IMG/VR virus record: IMGVR_UViG_3300037423_000850
Span: 1-32,657 of that record
Reading direction: 5' to 3' (one strand)
DNA length: 32,657 nt
Origin: a virus
Taxonomy: Duplodnaviria; Caudoviricetes
This document shows, piece after piece, positions 1 to 8,527 of the stretch. Under the pieces are notes generated by a model. The model saw nothing but the letters and a program-made list of their open reading frames with translations. It ran no database searches and was not told the origin of the DNA. Every line of letters begins with the position of its first letter. The stretch's first letter is position 1. Made by a program: the position numbers and the translations under genes.

Positions 1-6
1 TCGGTT

Positions 7-228
7 TCACTCGGTCGCGGAGATCACGTCCGCGAGCTGCGCCAAGCCCTCGTCGGTGTCCGGGTTGCGGTCGGCATTGATGCGATCAATGATCGCCTCG
101 CGGCCTTGCAATCCGAGTTCGCCGAGGCGGTTGATCACGCCGAGCGTGATCTCGCCGAGCTGCTGCTCGTTGGCCTCCATGATCGCCTCACTGGCGACGT
201 CGAGTTTCTTCTGTTCAGTCCCGATCAT
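7..228 (-). CDS. hypothetical protein (73 aa), early leftward operon
   Basis: ORF preceded by the shared leader AGAAGGAGCACCGACCT-ATG. Confidence 0.75.
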   Translation of the reverse strand: MIGTEQKKLDVASEAIMEANEQQLGEITLGVINRLGELGLQGREAIIDRINADRNPDTDEGLAQLADVISATE

Positions 229-306
229 AGGTCGGTGCTCCTTCTACGGTGCCAAAGGCGGCACCCTGGGCGCGTCGCTCTGACCGGCGCGCCGGGGGTG
301 TCGTCG

Positions 307-687
307 TCAATCTTCCATGCCGAGCCGCTGCCGCAGCTCGACATATTCGGCCATGCTCATGCGACCAGCGGCGCGATCCTCCGCGATCCACGCCGCGATC
401 AGCTTTCGCAACCGCTTGCGAGCTGCAATTCCCGCGCCCGCGTAGCGGTTGCGGCGATCCCCTCCCCGCGCCTGGCGCTCGGCGATCACCAGCGGCATCG
501 CCTTGCGGCCGCGCACGGTTTGGCGGTTGTGGAACGCCACCCGGTGCGCGTCGCTGCAGAACATTTTCTTGGCGTCTCGCGCCGTGTCGACCGGCCCCAG
601 GCACTCGACGCAGCGGCGGCCCAGGCCCGCCTGGTCGAGGTCGCCGGGCGGCGGTTGGCCGTGTAACACGGCGGGTTGGTCGGTCAT
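307..687 (-). CDS. hypothetical zinc-finger-like protein (126 aa)
   Basis: ATG at 687 overlaps the upstream TGA (ATGA), with GGGGGAG RBS; CVEC...FCSDAHR metal-binding pattern and basic C-terminus. Confidence 0.7.
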   Translation of the reverse strand: MTDQPAVLHGQPPPGDLDQAGLGRRCVECLGPVDTARDAKKMFCSDAHRVAFHNRQTVRGRKAMPLVIAERQARGGDRRNRYAGAGIAARKRLRKLIAAWIAEDRAAGRMSMAEYVELRQRLGMED

Positions 688-942
688 AAGGCAAGCTCCC
701 CCTGTCGTGTCGTCTCGGCTCGCGCGCGAGCGGCGACATTGGCTAGTCCGCAATGGCCGAGCGGGCAAACGCCATAGGCTCCCGCCTGGTCGGCGGCGAT
801 ATCGCGGGCGCGGTGATAGCTGCTCGCCTTGTGGCCGCTCGGTCGCCTGCACGGCGCGCCTGGTCGAGCGCGGCAATCCGGGGAGGATCGGGTCGCGCGG
901 CCATGATTTGCCGCACCCTGGGCGCTGGCAAAAGGCGGTCAT
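684..942 (-). pseudogene. frameshifted small Cys/His zinc-finger protein
   Basis: MTAFCQRPGCGKSWPRDPIL continues after a 1-nt shift near 882 as PDCRARPGAPCRRPSGH...YGVCPLGHCG...ELAL*, ending at TGA 686-684 coupled to the next ATG. Confidence 0.6.
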
Positions 943-1208
943 AGCGATAGCTCCGATTGGCGGGTCAGCCGGATCACTTTCGCAAGGTGGCCGCAAACGA
1001 CGCCGGTCGCCTTCCAGTAGTAAGCTACTGGCCCCTTGTGACGCCGCCAATTCAGCTCGGCTTTCTCGCGGGCGTCGGCCTGGATCGCGAGCAATATCCG
1101 TCGCCACCTAGTGGCCTCCTCCGGCGTCATTTCGGCGAGCGCTTCGACGACGACGGGAAGCGATAGGATCGGGTTGCGGACCTCGCGCCGCGAGCTGCGC
1201 GCGGTCAT
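939..1208 (-). CDS. hypothetical protein (89 aa)
   Basis: ORF with ATGA overlaps at both ends. Confidence 0.75.
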   Translation of the reverse strand: MTARSSRREVRNPILSLPVVVEALAEMTPEEATRWRRILLAIQADAREKAELNWRRHKGPVAYYWKATGVVCGHLAKVIRLTRQSELSL

Positions 1209-1522
1209 AGCAAGCGCGCCCCGGCGTCGTTCGCAAGCTGCAGCTCGCGGGCGAAGCGGGCGATTGCCCGGATGCCGCTCACCGTCTCGTTGTGGACGAT
1301 CTGGAAGCGGAAGCGCGCCCGGTCATAAGCCCGGTCGGCTTCGCGATAGGCGGCCTCGGTTTCGGGGCAGCGGCGGGCGGCGTAGCGTTCGCAAGCTGCG
1401 CGCACCGTCACCGCCGCCGCCTCGGCCTCGGCCTCGGCCGAGCGCCACGTTTCCAGGGCGTCGGCGGAGCTGCGCGGATCGCACCGGCACAGCTCGCCGA
1501 AGTCGAACAGGAGCGCGGTCAT
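1205..1522 (-). CDS. hypothetical protein (105 aa, MTALLFDFGEL...)
   Basis: ATG at 1522 coupled to the upstream stop, with GAGGAG RBS; helical Ala/Arg-rich product. Confidence 0.7.
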   Translation of the reverse strand: MTALLFDFGELCRCDPRSSADALETWRSAEAEAEAAAVTVRAACERYAARRCPETEAAYREADRAYDRARFRFQIVHNETVSGIRAIARFARELQLANDAGARLL

Positions 1523-1938
1523 AGCGCGGTCAGCTCCTCGGCGGCTTCGTCCTCGGCCTCGGCCTCGGCCTGGCCGGTCGCGCATTCGGCGGCGTGGCCG
1601 TCGCTGTCGTCGCGGAAGCACTCGGGGCAGACGTGGACGCCTTTGGGCGGCTCGATCCCGAGCGCCTTGAGCGCGTCGCGGATCACGGCTGCGGCCTCGC
1701 TCCGCGCCTGGTTCATGCCGTCGGCGCAAGCGCTGTCGCAACCGTCGTCCCAATAGCCCTCCTCGCAAACAATGTCGGGGCTGTCGGCGGCGTAGCGGAT
1801 CAGCGCCTTGATCGCGGGAAGGTCGGTGAGCGGCTGCTCAAATCGACGTTGCAGGGCAAGCCGTTCCTCGCCCGTATCGAGCGCAACCAGGCCGCCGAGC
1901 GCGGCGACGATGATTGCTCGTTCCTTTTCGCTGAACAT
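1519..1938 (-). CDS. hypothetical protein (139 aa) with CPEC...H...C motif and acidic tail
   Basis: Shared AGGAGCACCGACC-ATG leader. Confidence 0.75.
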   Translation of the reverse strand: MFSEKERAIIVAALGGLVALDTGEERLALQRRFEQPLTDLPAIKALIRYAADSPDIVCEEGYWDDGCDSACADGMNQARSEAAAVIRDALKALGIEPPKGVHVCPECFRDDSDGHAAECATGQAEAEAEDEAAEELTAL

Positions 1939-2019
1939 GGTCGGTGCTCCTTCTTGATGCGTGGCTGCATCTGGAAAGGCCGCGACCGTGTTACACGGCC
2001 CCGGCCCTTCGGGTTGCAG

Positions 2020-2742
2020 TCAGGCGGTGGCGGGTTCCTCGACCGCTGCACCGTGCTTGTCGCACTCGAACGGCGCATAGCGCTCGTCCTCGGCCAAGCC
2101 GTCAAACTCGCCCGCGACAACATCGCCTTCGCGTTCCAGCTCCTCGCTGCGCTCCTCGGCCTCGGTCAGCTCGATCTGGCCGAGCTGCCAGGCTTTGACC
2201 CGCGCCTTCGCTTCCTCGCCGTCATTGGCGCGAACGACGACGCAATGCCGGTCGCAAGTCGTCGTGTTCTGATAGAAGCGAACGACGAAATGGCGTTCGG
2301 GGAGCGGCTCGGGTGGCGTGTAGTCTATCGACGTTGCGGAAGCTGGCTCCGCCGTCGTGTTGGCGACTGCGCCGTGCGCCGCCTCAATCCGGCTCACGAT
2401 GTGCTCGGCAAGCTCAACTTGCCTCGCGCCCTCGGCTGCGTCGGGATCGCCCGCGCCTTCGTTCTCGATCCAATCGGTTGTGAAGCTGTCGCCGAAGCCT
2501 ACGGCGGCGGCGAGTGCGGCGATCTCGAACGGTGCGAGGCGGATGATCTCGCACGGCTTGCCGTCGATCTCGGCGGCGGCGGCAATGAGCTGCGTTGCGA
2601 GGCTCCGCGCCTGATCGGGGATCAGCTCGAACGTGCCTCGGTTGCCACCCTTGGGGCCGCTGATGCCGACGAAAACGCTCGGTGTCCCGCCTGCGTCGCC
2701 ATAGCCGAGCGCGACGGCGTGGGCGTGTGCTGTCTTGGTCAT
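2020..2742 (-). CDS. hypothetical protein (240 aa, MTKTAHAH...)
   Basis: Shared AGGAGCACCGACCA-ATG leader at 2742; acidic product. Confidence 0.75.
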   Translation of the reverse strand: MTKTAHAHAVALGYGDAGGTPSVFVGISGPKGGNRGTFELIPDQARSLATQLIAAAAEIDGKPCEIIRLAPFEIAALAAAVGFGDSFTTDWIENEGAGDPDAAEGARQVELAEHIVSRIEAAHGAVANTTAEPASATSIDYTPPEPLPERHFVVRFYQNTTTCDRHCVVVRANDGEEAKARVKAWQLGQIELTEAEERSEELEREGDVVAGEFDGLAEDERYAPFECDKHGAAVEEPATA

Positions 2743-2822
2743 TGGTCGGTGCTCCTCTTGTTGTCCGCTGTCGCGGCTAGGCGGGTCGCCATGTAACACG
2801 GCGGCCCGCCAGGGCGAGACAG

Positions 2823-3131
2823 TCAGGCGTAAAAGCTCACGCGTTGCGGCGCTCCATCCCAAAGGCTGGCAAATTCATAGGAGCTGATCCTGACGTAGTT
2901 GCTCCCGGCTCGCAGCTTGCGGCGAAACTCGCCGCTTTTCGCCTGGATAGGTTCGGCGGGGATCACACGGCCCGTCATCCACTGTCCGCCTTCATCGTCG
3001 GTTTGCTTGGCCGCGATCTGCTGCAAGGTGATCCAATCGCCCTTGATCCTGACAACGCGATAGAAATCCACGTTGGTCTGCTCGTAGCCCCAAGAGCTGG
3101 CGAGGATCGCGCCTGGTTGAATGTCGGACAT
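2823..3131 (-). CDS. phage hypothetical protein (102 aa; SSWGYEQTNVDFY motif)
   Basis: GGGGAGG RBS; the motif resembles a recurrent phage early-gene family (from memory, not searched). Confidence 0.75.
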   Translation of the reverse strand: MSDIQPGAILASSWGYEQTNVDFYRVVRIKGDWITLQQIAAKQTDDEGGQWMTGRVIPAEPIQAKSGEFRRKLRAGSNYVRISSYEFASLWDGAPQRVSFYA

Positions 3132-3134
3132 AGC

Positions 3135-3377
3135 TCAAGCCTCCCCGGCTGCGATGGTGCCGACGAACAGCGCCAGAAACGCGACCAGGCCGAGCAGGAT
3201 CGCGCCGCCGTCATGGCCGAAGCGGTTGGCGAGGCCCGCGCCCGTCGCGCTGGCAATGGTCAGGACGGCGCAGAGGATCGCGGCCTGCCTCGCCTCGCGG
3301 CGACGCTGCTGGATCGCGCGCAGCCGCCACCCGGCGCGGTCGGTGTTGCGCCCGAAGGCGGTTGGATCGTGTAACAT
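3135..3377 (-). CDS. small membrane protein (80 aa, two hydrophobic segments)
   Basis: Shared leader; hydrophobic stretches AAILCAVLTIA and AILLGLVAFLALFVG. Confidence 0.7.
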   Translation of the reverse strand: MLHDPTAFGRNTDRAGWRLRAIQQRRREARQAAILCAVLTIASATGAGLANRFGHDGGAILLGLVAFLALFVGTIAAGEA

Positions 3378-3453
3378 GGTCGGTGCTCCTTACGTCCGCG
3401 ACTGTCGCGGCTAGGGCGGCGCGAGGGGAAGCGCGCCGCCCAGGGCGGGACAG

Positions 3454-3732
3454 TCAGTAGCTCGAAACTTCGGCGGCGAGCAGGACATAGCGAAGGCTTA
3501 CGCGGCCCATGCCCGGCGCTTTGATGAAGCTGTCCCGAAGGTTCGAGGCGTTGTAGCGTTCGGAGCGGACGCGGTTGCGAACGCGGAGCCACTGAACATC
3601 GATGTAGGCGAAGGCTTCGGTCAGGGTGGCGAAGCGGTGTGGACTAGAGCAATGGCTGTCCTGCCAAAGCACAAACACGGGGCGGGCGGCGTAGGCGGCT
3701 TGTGCGGTTGCGATTTCTTGACGGTCGGTCAT
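3454..3732 (-). CDS. hypothetical protein (92 aa), first gene of the leftward operon
   Basis: AAGGAGCACAGACCA-ATG leader. Confidence 0.75.
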   Translation of the reverse strand: MTDRQEIATAQAAYAARPVFVLWQDSHCSSPHRFATLTEAFAYIDVQWLRVRNRVRSERYNASNLRDSFIKAPGMGRVSLRYVLLAAEVSSY

Positions 3733-3760
3733 TGGTCTGTGCTCCTTGGTCGGTAAGCGT

Positions 3761-3805
3761 CCCGTAATTCATTTGCGAGACGGTTGCAAGCGCCATGTTA
3801 CACGG
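3761..3805 (-). promoter_or_regulatory. candidate leftward promoter with adjacent palindrome
   Basis: Minus strand: CCGTGTAACATGG, 3 nt, TTGCAA, 17 nt, TACGGG; same architecture as 12704-12748. Confidence 0.5.
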
Positions 3806-4064
3806 CGACCAAAAATCCCTGCCGCGCAGCTCGCGCAGCGAGCGGTGCGCGCGGCTCCATATCCTTCCAACTCGCGGCCCAGGCGGAGCGCAGCGGAGCC
3901 GGTGCGGGCCGCTCTGCATCATTCTCCCTTGAAGCGGATCGATTCCTGCGCCCGCGCCGTCGCTGTCGCTCTGCGTCCGTCTCCCCTGCCCTGCCCTTAT
4001 CCCGCGCCCTTGCGGTCGGGCATGAAATGGGGCACATATGGTCGCTCGCTTCGGGCGCGGGGGT

Positions 4065-4319
4065 TGTTTCCATGTTCCCAACGCTGTTCCCACGTTTGGG
4101 AACAGGCTTACCGAGCGAAATCAGGCACTTAGCGCGGTTGTGGCGCTGTTCCCAAGGGTCGCTGGCGCGGGTCACGTGATCGCGCGTGCTCTTACGCGTG
4201 CGCGTGCGCGTATGGAGAGAGTGATATCTTGGGAACATGGGAACATTCTTCATAAGTCACTGAATTAGCGCGCAAATGCAGTTCCAGCGCTTGGGAACAG
4301 CGTTGGGAACATGGGAACA
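4065..4319. repeat. iteron / inverted-repeat array, probable replication origin
   Basis: TGTTCCCA at 4073, 4085, 4147; TGGGAACA at 4097, 4230, 4238, 4292, 4304, 4312; perfect 22-bp inverted repeat 4071-4092/4292-4313; central CGCGTG tract. Confidence 0.7.
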
Positions 4320-4397
4320 GGGGTCGAAGGCGCAGGGCGGGCATGGTAGGATCGTCCGCGTCGCTCTCGCCGGGGAGCAATAAACTAGGGGGGAATA

Positions 4398-4991
4398 ATG
4401 GCGGACCATCCGTCGCCGGTCGCCGGGGAGATCGAGCAGCTCCGCGATCTGTGCGCGCTGGCCGATCCCGAGCAGCTTGAGCTGATCCGCGACGCGACGC
4501 CTGGGCGCGACGCTCCGACGGCGGTCATCGTCGCCGAGCGGCGAGGCCGGGGCCGCCCGCGCGGCTCGCTCAACAAGCGCAACCAGAAATTCCGCGAGCA
4601 GCTCCTCGCGCTCTACGGGCATCCGGCGGAAGTGCTGGCGCGCGCCGCGTTCACGCCGGTCGAGACGCTGGCGGCGCAGCTCGATTGCTCCAAGGGCGAG
4701 GCGGCGCAGCTCGCGATCCGCGCGGCGGCCGAGCTGCTGCCCTATGTCGAGGGCAAGCAGCCGGTCCAGGTCGAGCTGACCAGGCGCAGCGACGTCGTGC
4801 TGGTCATGGCCGGTGGCGGGGTGAGCGGCGAGACGATCGACGCGATCGCCGAGGACGTGAACGACGCCGCCGCCAGCGGCATCGATTGGGAGACGGCGGA
4901 AATCGGCGACGTGCTGCCGTCGCTGCCGTCTCTTTCGGGTGAACCTTCGCGAGCCGTCTCGCAACAGGGCGGCGCGCAGAGCGGCGACTAG
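4398..4991 (+). CDS. putative terminase small subunit
   Basis: GGGGGAA RBS; RGRGRPRGSLNK motif typical of TerS-like N-termini; acidic tail; lies upstream of TerL. Confidence 0.6.
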   Translation: MADHPSPVAGEIEQLRDLCALADPEQLELIRDATPGRDAPTAVIVAERRGRGRPRGSLNKRNQKFREQLLALYGHPAEVLARAAFTPVETLAAQLDCSKGEAAQLAIRAAAELLPYVEGKQPVQVELTRRSDVVLVMAGGGVSGETIDAIAEDVNDAAASGIDWETAEIGDVLPSLPSLSGEPSRAVSQQGGAQSGD

Positions 4992-5232
4992 GCCGCGATC
5001 CTGCATTTTCGGGCAGCTCTAGACCTTAGCGAGACGGTGAAGCCGGATCGACCCCGGCACCCCCCCCAATCCCGCGCGCGCCGGCTCCTCCCCCCTATCG
5101 CGCTCGATACGCGACCAATTTCGGGCCGAAATCGGCTCCCCACCGGCTGATCGGACCCCTGCCGGGGCGGAACATCGGGAGCGAAAACCGGGGCGCGGGG
5201 CTCGGGTTTTCCACAATCCGCATTGCCGGGGA

Positions 5233-5262
5233 TTGACAACCCCGTTCGCGTGCGGGAAACGT
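5233..5262 (+). promoter_or_regulatory. candidate sigma70-type promoter
   Basis: Perfect TTGACA at 5233-5238 in an intergenic region; weak -10 (GAAACGT). Confidence 0.35.
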
Positions 5263-5311
5263 GGCCTACCCCGCCGACGGGCTGGGGTAAAGACCTGGGG
5301 GGATCCGTTAA

Positions 5312-5701
5312 GTGGATCGAAACGACGCGCGCTTTGCTGCGGACGTGCTCGAGAGGCGACTCTCGGGCGATCGGGAGGCGATTGCGCTTCTCGCCGCGAC
5401 GGAGGCGGTTCGCATAATGGCTGCGGCGGTGGTCCTGAAACGGGCCGCCGCCGACTGCCTCGAAGCGCAGCACGCCGCGCTAGAGCTCGAAGCCGTGATC
5501 CGGCTCGGCGGCGCTGTGTGCGACGTCGAGTGCGACGCAGGCATCAAGAAAATTGTGGATAGTTTGCGCAGGCTGGCCGACGAAGAACCGTCGGAACCGG
5601 CGCCGTGCAACCGGTTTGAGCGCCGGCGCGCATCGAAGGTCCATTTGACCCGATCGCAGCGCCTCCGCGGGATCCGCCCGCGCGACATGGCGATCGTATG
5701 A
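5312..5701 (+). CDS. hypothetical protein (129 aa)
   Basis: GTG start after GGGGGGA; ends in an ATGA overlap. Confidence 0.55.
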   Translation: MDRNDARFAADVLERRLSGDREAIALLAATEAVRIMAAAVVLKRAAADCLEAQHAALELEAVIRLGGAVCDVECDAGIKKIVDSLRRLADEEPSEPAPCNRFERRRASKVHLTRSQRLRGIRPRDMAIV

Positions 5702-5874
5702 ACTTCCTGGCGCCCCTGTGGAGCGGCGGTTTGGCCGACCGCCGAAAGCAAGCAAGCGGGGATCCGGGCCGGGAAGGCGGATCAGAGCGCTCCCGCAACG
5801 GAGCACGCATAAGTACTGGATCCCCGCTCGGCCTGCTCGAGCTGCGGCTGATCGCAGCCGCAGGCCTGCAATGA
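5698..5874 (+). CDS. possible small protein (58 aa, MNFLAPLWSG...)
   Basis: Exactly fills the gap, with ATGA overlaps at both ends. Confidence 0.4.
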   Translation: MNFLAPLWSGGLADRRKQASGDPGREGGSERSRNGARISTGSPLGLLELRLIAAAGLQ

Positions 5875-6113
5875 GCGACGGCACGGTCGCGGCCGACCAG
5901 CTCCGGTTGTTCATCGAGCGCATTGAGCGGCTCGAGGAGGAGGAGCGCGGGATCAGCGGCGACAAGGCCGACGTGTACAAGGAGGCAAAGTCGAACGGCT
6001 ATTGCCCCAAGACCATGCGGAAGATCGTCCGCCTGCGCCGTCTCGAAACGCACACGCGCCAGGAAGAGGACGCGCTGCTCGAAACCTACCGGCAGGCGCT
6101 CGGAATTGGCTAG
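5871..6113 (+). CDS. gapR: GapR/DUF2312-family nucleoid-associated DNA-binding protein (80 aa)
   Basis: VAADQLRLFIERIERLEEE...DVYKEAKSNG...MRKIVRLR...LLETYRQALG is the characteristic family signature. Confidence 0.9.
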   Translation: MSDGTVAADQLRLFIERIERLEEEERGISGDKADVYKEAKSNGYCPKTMRKIVRLRRLETHTRQEEDALLETYRQALGIG

Positions 6114-6302
6114 CCTCGCGCCCTACGCGGGCGCCCCGGCGCCGGCGCGCACGCGAGGGCCGCGCGACATGGTCGGGCTGACGGCGCACCGCGATCTGCT
6201 GGCGGCGATCGGAGATCAGGGCGGGCTGCTGTCGTGGAAATCGTCGCCGCACGTGACGTGGCTCGCCGAGCAGCTCGCGAAGCAACGAAAAGGGGACGGC
6301 GC

Positions 6303-6506
6303 ATGAGCCATGCAATCACGGTCGGCGGCCTGCTGTTGGGGTTGGGCGTCCTCGCCGGGCTTGGCCTGGTTGGCGTCGGCGTGCTGACGGCGTTCGCCGC
6401 CGGCATGGCGAGCGTGCCCGACGAAAAAACGGGCAGAACGGGCTGCATCCTGTTCGTCGTCGGGTTCGTGCTGCTGGTCGGTTGCCTGGTCGGGTTTGCC
6501 GCATGA
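6303..6506 (+). CDS. small membrane protein (67 aa)
   Basis: AGGGGA RBS; two hydrophobic helices. Confidence 0.65.
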   Translation: MSHAITVGGLLLGLGVLAGLGLVGVGVLTAFAAGMASVPDEKTGRTGCILFVVGFVLLVGCLVGFAA

Positions 6507-6727
6507 GCAAGGTCCGGTTCGCGGCAGCGACGATCCGCGAGATTGAGGCGGCAAGAGAGGCCGAGTTCGCCGTCGAGATCGACCGCAACACGCAAAAGAT
6601 GAAGGCGGCCGAGGTGCTCGGCTTCGTCAGCGAGCTTCGCGACCATTATCCGGGTTTTGCGCTCTGGCTCGTCCCGCGGCCGCTGATCAACCAGGTCGGT
6701 TGCATGGCCGCGGTGGTGCGGCTGTGA
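6503..6727 (+). CDS. hypothetical protein (74 aa)
   Basis: ATGA overlap upstream, GTGA overlap with TerL. Confidence 0.6.
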   Translation: MSKVRFAAATIREIEAAREAEFAVEIDRNTQKMKAAEVLGFVSELRDHYPGFALWLVPRPLINQVGCMAAVVRL

Positions 6728-8319
6728 GCATTGCGCAGCTCATGAAGTCGACCGGGCCGGTCGGCGAGCGGTTCCTCAACGACTGGCGGCTGATCACCGG
6801 GATCATGGGGCCGGTCGGGTCGGCGAAAACGACCAAGTGCGTCGCCAAGATGGTGCTGTCGGCGCTCAAGCAGAACCCCGGTCCCGACGGGATCTATCGC
6901 GCCAAGTGGGGCGTCGTCCGCGACACCTATCCGCAGCTCAAGAAAACCGTGCTCGCCACCTGGCACCGCTGGTTCCCGAAAACGATCGGGCAATGGAACG
7001 GCGAGGCGCCCTACGAGCACACGCTGACGATCACGATTTTCGAGGGCGGCCGCAAGAAAGTCGTCGAGCTGACGGTGATCTTCGCTGCGATCGGCGAGAA
7101 CAAGGCCGAGGACGTGATGCGCGGGTGGGAAGTCACCGGGATCTGGCTAAACGAGGGCGATCTCGTCGCGCACGAAGTGTTCGCCTACGCAATGACCCGC
7201 GTCGGCCGCTATCCGAGCTCGAGCCAGGGCGGTTGCCAGTGGCGCGGGCTGATCCTCGATATGAACGCGCCCGATATCGAGAATTGGACCTATGGCGTGT
7301 TCGTCGAAAAGGATCTCGGGCTCGACAAGGAAGTCGAGGACGAGCTGCGCGCCGAGCTCGGCGAGTTGTTCGGGGTCGGCTTCCACGTCCAACCGGGCGG
7401 GCGGTCGAAGAACCCCAGGCCGGAGAACATCGAGAACCTCCCGGCGGGTTACTACGCGCAGCAAGTCATGGCGCTGTCGAAAAAGCCGTGGCTGATCCGG
7501 CGCATGGTCGACAACGAGTTCGGCCCGGTGCGCCACGGCCAGGTCGTGTTCACCGAGTATAACGACGAAGTGCATTGCGCCCGCGACACGATCGAGCCGC
7601 TGCCGGGCGTGCCGCTCAAGATCTCGGCCGACGCCGGAACGACGCCGGCGGCGGTGGTCCGCCAGCGCGATCATCGCGGGCAGATCCGCGTACTCGGCGA
7701 AGTGGTGGCGTTCGCCGAAAACGAGGACGACGAGCTGCAGCAGATGGGCGCGACCGCGTTCGGGAAGCTGGTCGGCCGCTACGTCCGCGACGAGTTCCCA
7801 GGCGCGACCGTGTTCCCGATCGTGCGGGTCGATCCGGCTTCCGCCGCCGGCGAAGGCGCGATGGGCGCCGATCCGAGCTGGCGACAGAATTTCCAGAAAG
7901 GGCTGCGCGAGGAGCTCGGCCCGGATATGCGAGTGAAGAAGTCGCAAGTCGCCAACAACCGGCTCGACGAGCGGCTGCAGTCGGTGCGCGAGCCGATGCT
8001 CAAGCTGGTCGAGGGCGGCGAGCCGGCGTTCATCCTGTGCCCGACGCGGTGCAAGGTGCTGCGCCGCGGCTTCAAGGGTATGTACGTGATCCAGCGCATC
8101 CAGATGCAGGGCGGCTTCGGCCGCTTCCAGGATGCGCCCGCCAAGAACGACTATTCGCACGTCCAGGACGCGCTGCAATATGGCTGCGTCGACGAAAAAC
8201 GGGGCGTCAACGACAATGACGGCGGGAGCGGGCATCCCGGCGCTCGGGCAAGCTCGAGCGGCCGCCGCGAGGTCAAGGTCGAGGGATCCTACGACCGCTT
8301 TTCGGGGAGGCAGGCATGA
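6724..8319 (+). CDS. terL: terminase large subunit
   Basis: Walker A-like GPVGSAKT, VVRDTYPQLKKT, Walker B-like GIWLNE, nuclease ISAD.G.TPA and KNDYSHVQDALQY. Confidence 0.9.
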   Translation: MSIAQLMKSTGPVGERFLNDWRLITGIMGPVGSAKTTKCVAKMVLSALKQNPGPDGIYRAKWGVVRDTYPQLKKTVLATWHRWFPKTIGQWNGEAPYEHTLTITIFEGGRKKVVELTVIFAAIGENKAEDVMRGWEVTGIWLNEGDLVAHEVFAYAMTRVGRYPSSSQGGCQWRGLILDMNAPDIENWTYGVFVEKDLGLDKEVEDELRAELGELFGVGFHVQPGGRSKNPRPENIENLPAGYYAQQVMALSKKPWLIRRMVDNEFGPVRHGQVVFTEYNDEVHCARDTIEPLPGVPLKISADAGTTPAAVVRQRDHRGQIRVLGEVVAFAENEDDELQQMGATAFGKLVGRYVRDEFPGATVFPIVRVDPASAAGEGAMGADPSWRQNFQKGLREELGPDMRVKKSQVANNRLDERLQSVREPMLKLVEGGEPAFILCPTRCKVLRRGFKGMYVIQRIQMQGGFGRFQDAPAKNDYSHVQDALQYGCVDEKRGVNDNDGGSGHPGARASSSGRREVKVEGSYDRFSGRQA

Positions 8320-8501
8320 AACTTTTCGGGCTCAAGACGCCGCACGTTCCGGGGCCAACGCCGATGCCGACCCGCGACGACGCGGCGGATCTCGCCGCGC
8401 GGGAAGATCAGCTCCGCCGGCGCAAGGGCAGCGCGGCCGACCAGATCACCGGGCCGAAAGGCGCCGAAGCCGGATCCGGCGCTGCAACGCTGCTCGGATA
8501 A
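8316..8501 (+). CDS. small virion-associated protein (61 aa)
   Basis: P-rich, RRRKG...TLLG ending typical of the small gene ahead of podovirus portals; GGGAGG RBS. Confidence 0.7.
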   Translation: MKLFGLKTPHVPGPTPMPTRDDAADLAAREDQLRRRKGSAADQITGPKGAEAGSGAATLLG

Positions 8502-8527
8502 AAGGTTCAAACAGGGAGGAAGTGGAC

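Noticed and set aside
659-3805. Clustered palindromes and leaders as a CRISPR array or integron attC array
   Set aside because: Spacing is irregular and gene-sized, repeats are short, there are no cas or integron-integrase genes, and I saw no consistent attC-type ends.
3644-4380. ORFs spanning the iteron region
   Set aside because: No RBS, repeat-derived low-complexity products; better explained as non-coding.
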